Under the pieces are notes generated by a model, which saw only the letters and a list, made by a program, of their open reading frames with translations, ran no database searches and was not told where the DNA came from. A stretch of 64,000 bases of DNA from Tubiluchus corallicola (lineage: Eukaryota > Animalia > Priapulida): the NCBI GenBank assembly GCA_030141605.1, contig JAQGDQ010000862.1:22938-86937 (forward strand), read 5' to 3'. Each line of letters begins with the position of its first letter. Within the stretch, counting starts at the first letter, position 1. Shown here piece by piece: positions 49,125 to 61,417 of the stretch. Position numbers and translations under genes: made by a program.

Positions 49125-50400
49125 TTTTACCAGGAAGCACAGCTTCTGTGAAAAATGTCAGTTAACCTTCAAATATTCAGGTTGCTATTACGGGTATGAT
49201 TTCCTTTTTGTAATTAAATAATTTTGGCCCCTCCTTCTGTTATTTAAAGATACTCAGGTTTTAAATCCCCAGGTGCACAATAACCAAATACTTGTGAAAA
49301 AATGGAAAAAACCGAAAGCCTTAGGAGGAGTTGCGACCTAAAGGAAAAAACAGAACGATGCCCAATACTCTTCTCCCTTGACCATTAGTCAGCTGTTAAC
49401 ACACTGTTGTCTGTGCCCGGCCAGGGCTACCAGCCCTGTGAGTTTGGTAACCTTAGCTTGCAAGGCTTACGAGTTATTAAACATTAAAATGACATAGAAT
49501 AGATAATAAGTAGTTGACAATGTTTCTGACGTGGTCAGACACTGAAGATATTGCAACAATAGTTATATTGAAGGGCCTTAAAAATGAAGAGATGATAGTT
49601 TTTTTGAAAGTGCCTATTTTCTTTTACTGAATTTACCTTGCTTGAATACAAGTGAAGTGGATTTCACAACGAAACTTCAGCATTTGTCTCATCGACCCCT
49701 ATTTTTCCCCTAGTGGGGTCACAGGTTAGCTATGCTCATTGTAACCTATGCCATTCGATCCGCCTTATCGAGAAATTTCATTTGAAGTGTTACAAGGTAC
49801 CATAGCTCAATACACAGTGTACTTCTGTTTGCAGTCCCCATTTTTCGGTCATTGCCCCAAGCTGAAGATTTGGATATACTTGCACGTACCATATTTTTCC
49901 AACGACCCAACCTAGTATTGTACCTAATATTGTGGCCCTACCTCTAAAACTGTGGGAGCAATGAATCATAAAGAAAAATAAAAGAAGACCTGCCCACTCC
50001 GTGACCTTTGACCCGGCAACTCCGATCTCATGTTTACGTAGATAACTTTGCCTGTGAGTTTTGCTTCCCTAGCTCTCAGCATGTAGAAGATCATCAATTG
50101 GACCCCAAAATTTGCACTTTGTCCAGTCACTCGGGCATTTAAAACAGCAGTTCATACTAAACTACTTCTCGGAGTTAGCCATCAAGACATTAGGTGACGA
50201 TGGGAGATCACGCAACTCTATCCAATCCGAAAATATGACTGGAAAGAATGCAAAGAGTTACTCTCCATTACACCATAAGCATCAATATTAAATATTTTGA
50301 TCTATTAATCCGAGCAAGACATACCGATGTTTCATACCGTCCAATTAAGGCATGTGACATTTTAAGCCAATCAATATTAAGCTTTGTTCTATGAAAAAAA
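49125..50400. repeat. Unclassified non-coding repeat-like region
   Basis: Recurrent motifs (GTGAGTTTGG..CCTTAGCT / GTGAGTTTTG..CCCTAGCT, TGACCTTTGACC, hairpin TCTGAC-GTG-GTCAGA) of the kind seen in non-autonomous invertebrate DNA elements; no second copy in the window. Confidence 0.35.
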
Positions 50401-50749
50401 TAAAGGCTTGTAGTTTATTAAGCTAAACATGACCTGCACCGTTCTGCACCCAAGTTTGGAATTTAATGATTGAAAACTGGTAAAGTATTGTGCTACGATG
50501 CAGTTTACGCCTTTTACACAGAGAATTATGCTACTTATTACATAATGTAATGAGTGAACACCCGAACAATAATCTAATAAACACTATTTTTAATTTGACT
50601 CAACAAATTTCACTGCAATTTTGTCAGCATGTAATGTGGGTAATGCCCAAGCTTGTAACTCCTATGATAAACCGTTTACGCAAACATCAGAACTTTTGGT
50701 ACTTGTACTGCTCATGTTGCAGTGATCACTATCACTGATTACTGCTTTC

Positions 50750-52250
50750 ATAAATCTTGTGTCGCACAATTCCAACTCCAGTTTTCAACACACTATGGTC
50801 GACAACATTGGACAACCTGCACTTATTACTGCTACTCATGTACAAATAGATCTTGGTGTCTACATTCATGAACACAACTGAGCAGTGGACAAACTTGTCG
50901 TAATTAGACATTTTGTTTAAAAAAAACTTATGCAGATTTACGAAACGCCTGAAAAAAATACGTAAAGAATCTATTTTTTATCACATTTAATTTTTAATGA
51001 CTGTTTATAAAGTAGAATGTATAGGGACACTACCTACTTTTACAAGTTTCACGAATCAATAGCTACTGTTCTTGTAACATTTAGTATTTATCATGTTGAG
51101 ATGTCATTGCATATGTCACACCCAACAAACATATAGTGCATTCATGAGTAGGGACAATGTAAATATTCGTATGTTATTTAGTGTTTACTATGACAAAACT
51201 AAACATGCATGATTTGCAGGCTATACATGTCGACGCTGCTTCCTACCAAACAGATATATATAAGTCACCTCATGAGAGATGCAATTTTAGCAACTATCCA
51301 TCAGCAAACAAAATGATGAAGTCTGTGGAGATGCTTGGAAAAGTAATGCGTTCTATTCGTAATCTATCCTTGTTCTTTTCGTAAATCATTCATGTGCCTA
51401 GACTGCGATACGTTTTCAATCCTCATCTAAAATTTTGTACGCCCAGTAATGGATTGTGGAAACGTAAAATGGCATCTAGCTCAATTAGAATACATCTGAA
51501 AGGTAGAAACAATCCAAAGACAGGCAACAAAGCTGGTACCAACATTGCATCGTCTAACATATTGTGAACGCATCACCCCGATAAAAACAAAATGTGGAGA
51601 TATTTTTAAAACATTACGAATCTTCAGCAATGATACCAAATTAAATCCTGAACCTAACTTTTGGGTCAACTGTATAACCTGATGGCACAAGATCTATAAT
51701 CCTAGATGCAAAAACAAGAGCTGTTTCACCTATTATAAACAAAAAGTTTTTTGGGCTATTTTTTGTATTTATTTATGTTGGAAGAAACAATTATTAGTAA
51801 AGCCAAGATTGATTAAATTTCAAATTAATTACAGGGATCAAACAACACAATGATTTTGTAATAACAGCAGTTGAAACACCAAACGGTTTGATAACTCAAA
51901 ACACAAGAAAGAACAGAATATTGAACATTTTTTGGAAGCGTGTTCGTTCCCGTGTTTTAGTTGAAGGAACCTAAAAGACATGAGTACTTGAAAACCGAGT
52001 TTATGAAAAGTTCTGGAAATTTGCAAACCAGGCCTGAGCACGATCATTACATTTTTGCTTTTTACATTCAGAACATTAGGTTTTTTGAGCCAAACGCTGA
52101 TTACTGGTAAATCTGGACATTTTTTCATTTATAAATCGTGTTTGGAACTTGGCTATTATTTTTCAGTAAAATGTCATTCAACCAATCAATAAGATGTACA
52201 TGCGCAAGCCTGAACAAGTTTATACTGGACAAGATAAAACCAATAAAATT
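50750..52250 (+). mobile_element. Fragmented 3' part of a CR1-like LINE
   Basis: Ordered remnants IDLGVYI (~50850), ANKMM (~51305), FVRPVMD...VETIQRQATKLVPTLHRLTYCERI (~51435-51575), GDIFKTLRI (~51600) and FINRVWN (~52130). Confidence 0.7.
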
Positions 52251-52380
52251 TCTTCAACTCCGTGATTTACAACAATGTCGTACCAAGCGTATCGTACGGC
52301 GTAGTACAATATAATTTACTGTTTCAGTTTTGAATGCTATTTTCAGGTGTGAATGACTTAATACAAGTATAATTGCTGGA

Positions 52381-53549
52381 ATGTCGATCGTCGACTGTGA
52401 TCAATATTCTCTATCAAGTATCGTTGAAATTAATCTGAAAGAGGCCAAACATTTGTTGCTATGTGCATTAATATTTATTTCATGTTATTTAATAATAAGC
52501 CATTTCGCTCAACAAAATTCAGTGCAACATTTACAATACAAGCAAACGTGGCACTGACTGCTTGTGGTAATGAGTCACGTGTTCTGGAGCAATTTTTGGT
52601 TGTGGTAAAATCCTCACTCATGATGACAACACCTTTTATTAACTTTCACATTTTTGTTGATAACGAAAATACAAGAAAAAGTGCAATCAAAACGCTAAGT
52701 GAAATGAATTTAACAAAATCATTTAGAGCAAACTTTTACCGTCCCTGGTATCCTCCAGGTGAAAATTACACCAAGTGGCTGAACCCGGGAAAGAAACGTT
52801 GCAATACAGCATGGCTGTTCCTACCAGATGTTTTATCAAACGTGGACAAGATTTTGGCTATTGATTTGGACGTTATTGTGTTGAAGCCTCTAGAAGTATT
52901 GTGGCGCCACTTTGAAAATATGTACGAATCTCAGATGATGGGTCTAGCGTTTGATTTTCCTGGACCACATAATTCTCGTCTGCGTGACCGTTATCATAAT
53001 TATGGTTATCATCAACAAACAAAGCCAGAATCATTTCTTAGGCCATTTAAGGGTTTAAATTCTGGAGTAGTTTTACTGGATTTGAACAAAATGCGAAAGT
53101 CAAATTGGAAAACAGAAATAACACGAATATTTAAAATTACTAGTGAATGCAGACCAGGTAAAAGAAGTTTTCCAGCCTGTTTGATTCCCCAAAATACTTG
53201 CAATGTCTATTTTCACGAGAATCCGGAAAGGCTGTACTTTCTTCCTTGCCACTAGAACTTCTGGTGGAGGCAGGGCGTCTCTGAAGAAGTGTGTAATACT
53301 GCTCAAATGCATGGAGTAGCAATTTTACACGGAGCTGGTGGCACGTTCTACAATACAGAAAGAAAATGTTCTGCCTTTTTTCATGTATTTAATCTTTTTA
53401 AATCTGTGTATTTAAATGAAACAAGAGATTCATTTATTGAAAAGCTGGAGAAATTTCGCAATCATACTTTATTTCACCTCAAAGATTCTACGCTGCTTAA
53501 GTGTACATTTATTGTAGACTCTATTCTGATGTCTCTATATGGCATATAA
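52381..53549 (+). pseudogene. GXYLT: Glucoside xylosyltransferase (GXYLT/shams-like, GT8) single-exon copy with frameshift and nonsense codon
   Basis: Motifs VALTACG...VVVKSSL...FHIFVD, CNTAWLFLPDVL.NVDKILAIDLDV, GLNSGVVLLDL.KMR, FHENPERLYFLPCH*NF and ILHG. TAG at 53253-53255 replaces the conserved Trp and the downstream ORF is in the same frame. The signal anchor HLLLCALIFISCYLIISHF lies in another frame from ATG 52381. Confidence 0.9.
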
Positions 53550-54954
53550 AAGACTATAGAGGGCCGTATATCACTATGAGGTATTGTCTTTCTGAAACTA
53601 AGATGTCTGTTCATAGTTCATGCATATCTGCATGGGTAACAAAATCTCAGCACGTTTTAATGATTTACTTAATGATTTTATAAAATATTTACTTGCAAGG
53701 TCCCTCCAAAAATTCCCGAAGTTTCGCTAGAGGCACAAATTGCAGATGACTGACAGGCGGGTGCCAGCTGCTTGAACTAGGATAAATGAAACAATGTTAA
53801 AAATCTAATAGTCTTTTTTGTGTAAGTCAACAAGAATGATTCGTATTCTGACTTCAGTTTTTAGCGAAAACAACATTTTGATCTCAAATGACTTTGTATG
53901 TTCTGTATGTAAAAGTATGTGTTCTGTTTAAAAAAGGGATATTGAAAGTTTTGACTAGACTCTTGTGTACAGACAGGAAAGAAGAACAAATTTATATCTA
54001 GTTTTAGCTGTACTAACTTTTTCATAACCAAAGATGCTTGGCTTAGTGTTGACATTGCGCGCCTTCCTACAGTTCCTAATGCCTTTGAGAAACAAGAAAC
54101 TTTGATTTTCTCAGTCGAATTTTACGTGAACCATTAGTATTTATTGCTGCAATAATTAAAATTAAAGTGGAAGAGGAAACCGGCTTTCATATAATTTAAT
54201 GAATTGTCTAAATAAATCAGTGAAATACACACTCCCTATTAAAGAGTGTAATAACAACTTACACTAATGTTGAACTGTTTCTTTGTACTGTTGTGCTTGA
54301 CGGTGAAATCTGGTCTTATGAAGAGCATAATACTGCCTTCACGTTTCTTGGTTACATAGGAATGGCATTTCGTTTTAGTAAGGTCGTAACTTGTAATATC
54401 TGGAAAAGTGACCCGCCACAAATCTAGTGAATTAATGCCTCTTGAATTAGTGTAAGCTAGGTCTTTTAAAGGAAAACCGGACGACTGTGTAAACATTAGC
54501 TTAAAATAAAGAATTTTCTAGAATATTGAAAACTACAATAGCTTTTTTTAAATCAAGCTCAGTTTAAATAGCGATTACCTCGATAGCCAAATTTTGTTAA
54601 CCTTTCAAAGGTACGCGAGGCTTAGTAAATCTACTAAAAGATTTGGCAACGGTTGCTTTTTGTCACAAAAAGTAAACATGGCGGAGAAATAGAACCAGTA
54701 CGGTGACAACAATCATCATGAATTGCAGCGTTAGTTTCTGACGACATACGATGCAGAGCACATTTTCGTGACATCAGGCGTTTAGGCAGGAAGTATAAAG
54801 CATGTTCATGACGATCAGTCTTTTGATCGTGTCAAACAAAACGCCTCCCTGGTTAAATGTTTGCGGAGAATGATAGGTGTAAAATTTACTGAAATTATAA
54901 GTTATTATGTATTGTAAGATATTATTGTTGAAGTTATTACAGCAAAACTGTATA

Positions 54955-55240
54955 ATGTCAAGTGTGGTATGTTCAGAATGTTCAGCGCCTGCCTGTTCTA
55001 ATGGTGGCCAAATAAACCTGCAGATGTGTCTATGCAAAAATTTTCAGTAAACCCAAAGCTATTACAACAATGGTTAAAAAAATTGGCAGAGAGAATTGGA
55101 CATCCTAAAGTCTTTTGTGCTCTGAGCGCTTCGTACAAGAATGCTTTGTTGAAAGAAGCGTATTCTACAGGTTGAGTGAAGAAAAACGAAGGCAGTTGAA
55201 ACCTTTTGCAATTCACATAATTTTTAACATCCCACCACAG
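54955..55240 (+). mobile_element. Decayed THAP zinc-finger domain, probably from a DNA transposon
   Basis: Across two frameshifts and one stop: MSSVVCSECSAPACSN / DVSMQKFSVNPKLLQQWLKK / IGRENWTS*SLLCSERFVQECF...RRQLKPFAIHIIF. This matches THAP C-x4-C, FP, W, LCSxHF and AVPTIF. Confidence 0.75.
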
Positions 55241-56013
55241 CAACAGTGAAAAGGTTTTGTAAAAGCACAGTTTGGCAAATAATTATAAACAGTGATTAGT
55301 ACATTTAAAATTAAATTAAATTTAAATTAAAAGTCGAATGAATTTAAGATGTCGTTTTCCAGATAGGCTAATATCTGGCTAGACTAGGACAAACAGGTTT
55401 GTGGGTTACAGTGCCGTGGACTCCTCCTGCAATATTCTAGTTTAGCTAAACAAATTTTAACACTTACAGGGCATTCAATAGATTAACCACAGTTCTTATT
55501 AGAGAGCATAATTTTATATAACATCATTTATGTTACCTCTATACCTAATAATAAATAATATATATATATTATATTATAATATATATATATAATGTATCTG
55601 CATCACATTTTCGATTTGACATGGCACAAATGTTTGCTCAACTGACCTTACGCCTTACCAGTAATTATAGCTAAAAACGGAGTGAATATCGCTAGTTCAA
55701 TAAATCACTATGGTTGATAAATGCTACATGACTTTGTTGATTTGTAAATTGCAAAATACCGTTGTCATGTTAACTCGTATAATTGTCAATAAAAAGATTA
55801 TTATTTACATGCAGTTGGACGATTCTGCAAAGTTTATGTGTGCTTCACAAGGGCGATTACGGTGGTTTCATCCCTATTGGAAACAGTGGAGCAGCTAAAC
55901 CTGCGTCACAACCACATCAGAGAAGCAACAATTGCTTCCATGTTTTTAATTACAGTTTCAATTTAGCTAAGAACAGTAATTTGGAATACTGCATAATTTG
56001 GAATTTGGAAAAG

Positions 56014-56428
56014 CATGTCACACCACAGAGCGTCCAGCAAACCACACCACAGAGAGTCCAGCATGTCACACCACAGAGCGTCCAGCAAACCACACCACAG
56101 AGAGTCCAGCATGTCACACCACAGAGAGTCCAGCAAACCACACCACAGAGCGTCCAGCAAACCACACCACAGAGAGTCCAGCATGTCACATCACAGAGAG
56201 TCCAGCAAACCACACCACAGAGAGTCCAGCAAACCACACCACAGAGAGTCCAGCATGTCACATCACAGAGAGTCCAGCAAACCACACCACAGAGAGTCCA
56301 GCAAACCACACCACAGAGAGTCCAGCATGTCACACCACAGAGCGTCCAGCAAACCACACCACAGAGAGTCCAGCATGTCACATCACAGAGAGTCCAGCAA
56401 ACCACACCACACAGAGTCCAGCATGTCA
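56014..56428 (+). repeat. 24-bp minisatellite, 17 full units of two main variants
   Basis: Units CATGTCACA(C/T)CACAGAG(A/C)GTCCAG and CAAACCACACCACAGAG(A/C)GTCCAG, head to tail with no spacers. Confidence 0.97.
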
Positions 56429-56469
56429 TGCGGCTCAAGAAGATAGGTGGCGTCAGTATGGTGTTCAGT

Positions 56470-59400
56470 TATGATGTTTGATGGCAAATAATGACAACCT
56501 CCAGCTGTGATGACGGCTATGCCAGTTTGCCTGCACACCTAAGCTGATATGTTTAAACTAATGGGTTAACATCTTGCAATTTGCTTTAAAAAGTCATGTA
56601 ACACTTTAGCTACTAAATTTTTGGGAGGTGGTGTGGGTGACATAGTATGAATAATGTGGTGGGGTGTAGGTGGTTTTGGTGTAGAGTGGTGAGTTGTAGG
56701 TGGTGTGCAATGGTGTGAGTGGCAAGGTGTTGTGTTGCAGTATTGTGTGGGAGGTGTGGGGCAGTGTGTTTGGTGTGTTATGAGTGTAGCGGTGGGTTGA
56801 TGTGATGTGATGTGAATGTTGTGTTGTGAGTGAGGTGGTTGTTTAGTGTGGCATACTGCCTCCCCCACACCAATTATAGTGTATCAAGAAAATTCAAATT
56901 TCAATTCCTGAAATTTCTAAAACAGTTGTTAGAATTTTTCATTAGAACCAGGGACCAGTTACATATAGCCATCACTAAATTACCAGTGTCATTATTAAAA
57001 ATATTTAAGTGAATGTAATCACGATGCCTTTGCTGTTATTTCTCCATATTCATTTTGCCTAGTGTACATACACTGGATGTTGAAAACAGTTTATCCAGAC
57101 ATGTGGGTCTGTGTAGAGCATGGCGAGACATGTGCACTTGCATACATTCTACAGCAGTGAGTGAACCAATGCATGCATGGAAGAAACTTCGCACATGAGA
57201 GCTCACATGTAAGAGTGATTGACAGCTATTGGAATACCGAAATATGTGTGCTAAGCTTTAGCTCAGAGACCTTGATGAAGTACTTCAGCTGTGTTTTCAT
57301 ATAGGCCAAGCTTTGCGAAAAAATAGCTGTCTAAAAAACTCCTCTATTTTTGACCTCCTCTATTCACCTTTATTCATCTACTTTTATTGACGTCGATTTT
57401 TAGAAATGTATTAGATAATTTTTGCATGTCAGGCTCACTGCTTACTACCTAGGAATTCAAGCTTTGAAATTAAAGTGTGTAAATACTTTGCCATGTTTTC
57501 TTAGATCTTTCCCAGGTGTGGAATTCAAGCTTTGAAGTTTAAGGATGTAATTGTTCTGCTTTATTTTCTTAAATCGTTTCTAGGTGTGGAATGCAGTCTT
57601 TGAAATCTATCTGCTTTATTTTCTCAACTCTTTCGGTGGCATCTTTCTCTAGGCTCCTAGGCTGATTTATTGACGCAAGATAATTTTAAGTAAATTTCAG
57701 AAATTTTAAACATCCTAACACAATCAGCACAAAACAATATCTATGGGCCTCGGATTCAAAAGTTCTTTCTTTTCATAGGGGTAGCAGTTCTTGAGTGGCT
57801 GATTTCCTCAAGAATGTAATAACATGGAAATTTTTTTCTCTGCTAGTTTACAGGAAACTATTAAACCTTTTACAACAACTAGAACATATAGGATGCAGAT
57901 CTCTGCCAAAGCCGAACAATTCTAAACTTATTCGTCTGATTCTTTTGGCTAAAAAATTAACAAAAAGATAACGAAGCAAACATGCATAAGTGTATCTGTA
58001 TCATATAGGCTAGAAAAAAGACTCACAAAATATTTGTTCAATAATAGATATATAATCAATAATGCACAAATGTTCTTAATAGTGTATCTACCTTTTATTT
58101 ATTCATTTTGGAGACGGTAATAGACTGAGAAATATACAACAAAGATCATAATCAGCGTTACACAGTTTTGCGAGAAAATCTGGAAATGGAATATCGAAGT
58201 ATGCGTGCTAAACTTTACCCCAGAGACCTTGACAAAGTACTTCAGGGGTGTTTTCATACACGCCAAGCTTTGCGAAAGGATAACTGGCTAAAAATTTTGG
58301 CCTCCTCTATTCACCTTTATTCATCCATCTTTATTCACGTACATTCTTAGAAATGTATTAGATAGTTTTTGCATGTCAGGCTCACTGCTTACTGCCTAGG
58401 AATTCAAGCTTTGAAATTCAAGTGTGTAAATACTCTGCTATTTTTTCTTAAATCTTTTCAGTGAGGAATGCAGGTTTGAAGTTTAAGCATGTAATCACTC
58501 TGCTTTATTTTCTTTAATCTTTTCCAAGTGCTTAATGCAGTCTTTGAAATATATCTGCTTTATTTTCTTAACTCTTTCAGTGGCATCTTTCTCTAGGCTC
58601 CTAAGATGATTTATTGACACAAGATATTTTTAAGTAATATTCAGAAATTTCTCACATCCCAACACAAACAAAACAACGCAATATCTATGGGCCTCGGATT
58701 CAAAAGCTCTTTGTTTTCACAGGGGTGGCAGTTCTTGGGTGGTTGATTTGCTCAAAAATGTAATAACATGGAAAAATGTTTTTGTTCACTGCAAGTTTAC
58801 AGGAAACTATTAATCCTTTTAAATGAATGGCAGATAGAATTTGAAATGACGTTGAAATAATTTACAAAAATTTCTTCAATTCAATACAAAGCATTTTCAA
58901 TAATACCTGGTTAACACAGTTTCATATGTAACGGTATCAGCAGATTTGGCAAAATGTTAATTTTTCACTGAAAATCGAAAATGTCCCAAAACCTTCCTCA
59001 GTTATAGGGTATTCGGTTCATTCAATTTTTCTTACTTAACTTTTCCCCTGGCATCATTCCCAGGTGTTTGGGTGTGGTTAATTTACACAAGATGTTAAAA
59101 TGTGGGAAAATATTATTCTTTACTTCAGAGCCACTTTAACCCTTCTCAAAATCAATAAGAGAACTTGAACAAAACAGAATGTAAAGAGTCTTTTGTTAAC
59201 GTTCCTGAGCACTTAAAGCTTTCTCCATTTTATCCAAACAGCAATTATTATTACGCAGTCTCGCCCTTTATTATCACAAGAAAAGCTTTTAGCCCAATAT
59301 TTGCTATACAAACACCTTGAAAAGCTTTCAAATCTAAAAAGATATTCCTTTCAATCTTAACAAAACATCTTATTGCGTGTCTCCCAGGGGGATATATTAT

Positions 59401-60436
59401 TCCAAGCATTACTTCCAACAAAAATAATAGAACACACCTGTGCTTTGATAACGAAGATTTAATTCCAGCTCTCAAACGAAACTGCTTTTGATCTTCTGCA
59501 CAACCACACTAAATTACTTATTTTCTGCACAACCACACTTAATTACTTATTTTATGCACAATCGCACAAATTTTTTATGCAATCGCACATATTGACTTAT
59601 TTTCTGCGAAATCGCACTTTTTTGCTAACATTCACTAATTTAATTTTTCACTAAAAATCGAAAATGTCCCAAAATCTTTCTCAGTTATAGGGCGTTCGGT
59701 TGATTCAATTTTTCTTACTTAACTCCTTCCCTGGCGTCATTCTCAGGTGTTCGGGTGTGGTTAATTTACACAAGCTGTTAAAATGTGGGGAAATATTTTT
59801 CTTTGCTTCAGAACCACTCTCAGAATTATCCCAGCTCAAAATCGACAACAGAACTTGAATCTTTGAATTCCACACGTAAAGAGCCTTTTGTTCAGGTGGC
59901 TGAGCACTTAAAACTTTCTCCATCTTATCCAAACAGCAAATTATTATTAAGCAGTCTCACCCTTTATTATCACAAGAAAAGCTTTTAGCCCAATATTTGC
60001 TATGCAAACAGTTTGAAAAGCTTCTTTCAATCTTAACAAAACATGTTTCCCAGGGCGCTATATTATGACAAGCGTTACTTCCAACAAAAATAATAGAACA
60101 CACCTGCACTTTGATAACAAAGCTTTATTTCCAGCTCTCAAACGAAATTGCTTTTGATCTTCTGTCGCTAATTGACAATAATGGAAAAGTTGAGCTGTTT
60201 ACTTGATAAGTAGCAAGGGAGGAAGTAATGCACTACCGATACTTGCAGCTAAATGGATGGGTGGCTGCTGTGACTTGTTCATCTATTATGTTATTTTTTA
60301 CAGTACATAGAAACATGGAAACAGAGAATAAGGCAGTTCTACCAGCTCAGGTTTCTATGAAAATGTCTGCAAAATTTATTTCTATCATAGGGGTTTTTAG
60401 TTATACCCTTGTACCAAAACAGCCAACATTAGCATG
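56470..60436. repeat. Modular dispersed repeat family, cluster 8 (longest run, internally duplicated)
   Basis: 57232-57870 is duplicated at 58190-58820, and 58950-59500 at 59638-60165. Inverted matches to 8600-9480, 19472-20290 and 22425-22800. Module A at 57030-57225. Confidence 0.88.
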
Positions 60437-61417
60437 ATGAAAAATGCTTATGAAATAGCAAAGGAGATCGACTTAAGGAAATAAAAGACTAAGAATTGTT
60501 TGTATTATAAGCAACTATATCAAACATCTGTTTTAGTTCAACTGAAATTTCTGTTGTAAGGCAGTCATCTTCTTGCTCTTTCGAAAGTCAGTGTTGTCTA
60601 AATCTTTATTTTATTCAACAGACACAGGATGTAATCTGCAGTATAATTAATAATGCGAATTAATGTCAATTACCATTTCAAATTACTCGGTTTATCATTA
60701 ATTTTGAATTATTTTAACTTCAGTTAAAAGCAGCAAAGAATAAGAGTTGTCCAACGAGAAATTTAAAGCAATGAATCACACAGTAGAAACTTCATCACTA
60801 GACAAGTACTTCGTCTCTAAGACAAGTACGAGAAGGCATAGGAATCATTGGATCAAAACTATCCTAGTTTTTGGGTCAAAACTAGAATTCATTCTTTGCT
60901 TAGGTACATTTTTGCTACATGAATTAAGAGGAAAGGACACAAAACCGTGTTGAAAGTACTGGTATTGAGCATGGCAGGTACTGCGCAGAAAGAATAGGGA
61001 AAGTACGGAAAGAAATCAGATTTAGTAATTCCCCTGTTTCAGTCGTGAAGTGAAATGTTTAATCTGTAAACTTGTGGATTACTTTGCATGGGAAAAATGT
61101 AAACTGCCAAGAAAGAAATAAGATTAAACATGATTAGTTGCTCTGTTACATTATAGAGTCACAAAAGCTACACAAACATCATGCAATGATGATGATATGG
61201 TATAAAACAACATAACATAGAATTAGTAAATCGTAATTCAAATTTTAGTATAAATGAACATCTGACATACGAATATTGAAAAACGAAAAATATAAATATT
61301 TATATTAAAAAGACTTTGTCTTTATTAAAAAATGATTTGCAAGTATTCAGAATTGCTTTATTGGTATTCAATGATAAACGTTAAATGTGCAAAGCATAAT
61401 CGTTCATAGCTCGGCAA

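Noticed and set aside
51838-52200. LDIFHFINR as a Zisupton/KDZ-type transposase motif
   Set aside because: Better explained as the F.NRV.N motif of the CR1 C-terminus, colinear with upstream CR1 remnants.
53253-53255. Stop-codon readthrough or a variant genetic code explaining TAG at a Trp position
   Set aside because: TGG to TAG is a single transition, the same gene also has a frameshift, and other Trp codons are normal TGG.
54239-54496. Minus-strand ORF with KREGSIMLFI resembling an APE GGGV motif
   Set aside because: A single weak motif with no neighbouring endonuclease motifs; insufficient to call.
56014-56428. CRISPR-like array
   Set aside because: Units abut with no unique spacers, no cas genes are present and the context is eukaryotic; it is a minisatellite.
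19471-60437. Repeated short ORFs with similar peptides (19471/60228, 19767/59251/2895, 19948/59705) as a gene family
   Set aside because: They are chance frames in the non-coding modular repeat; other copies have frame-breaking indels and there are no domain motifs.
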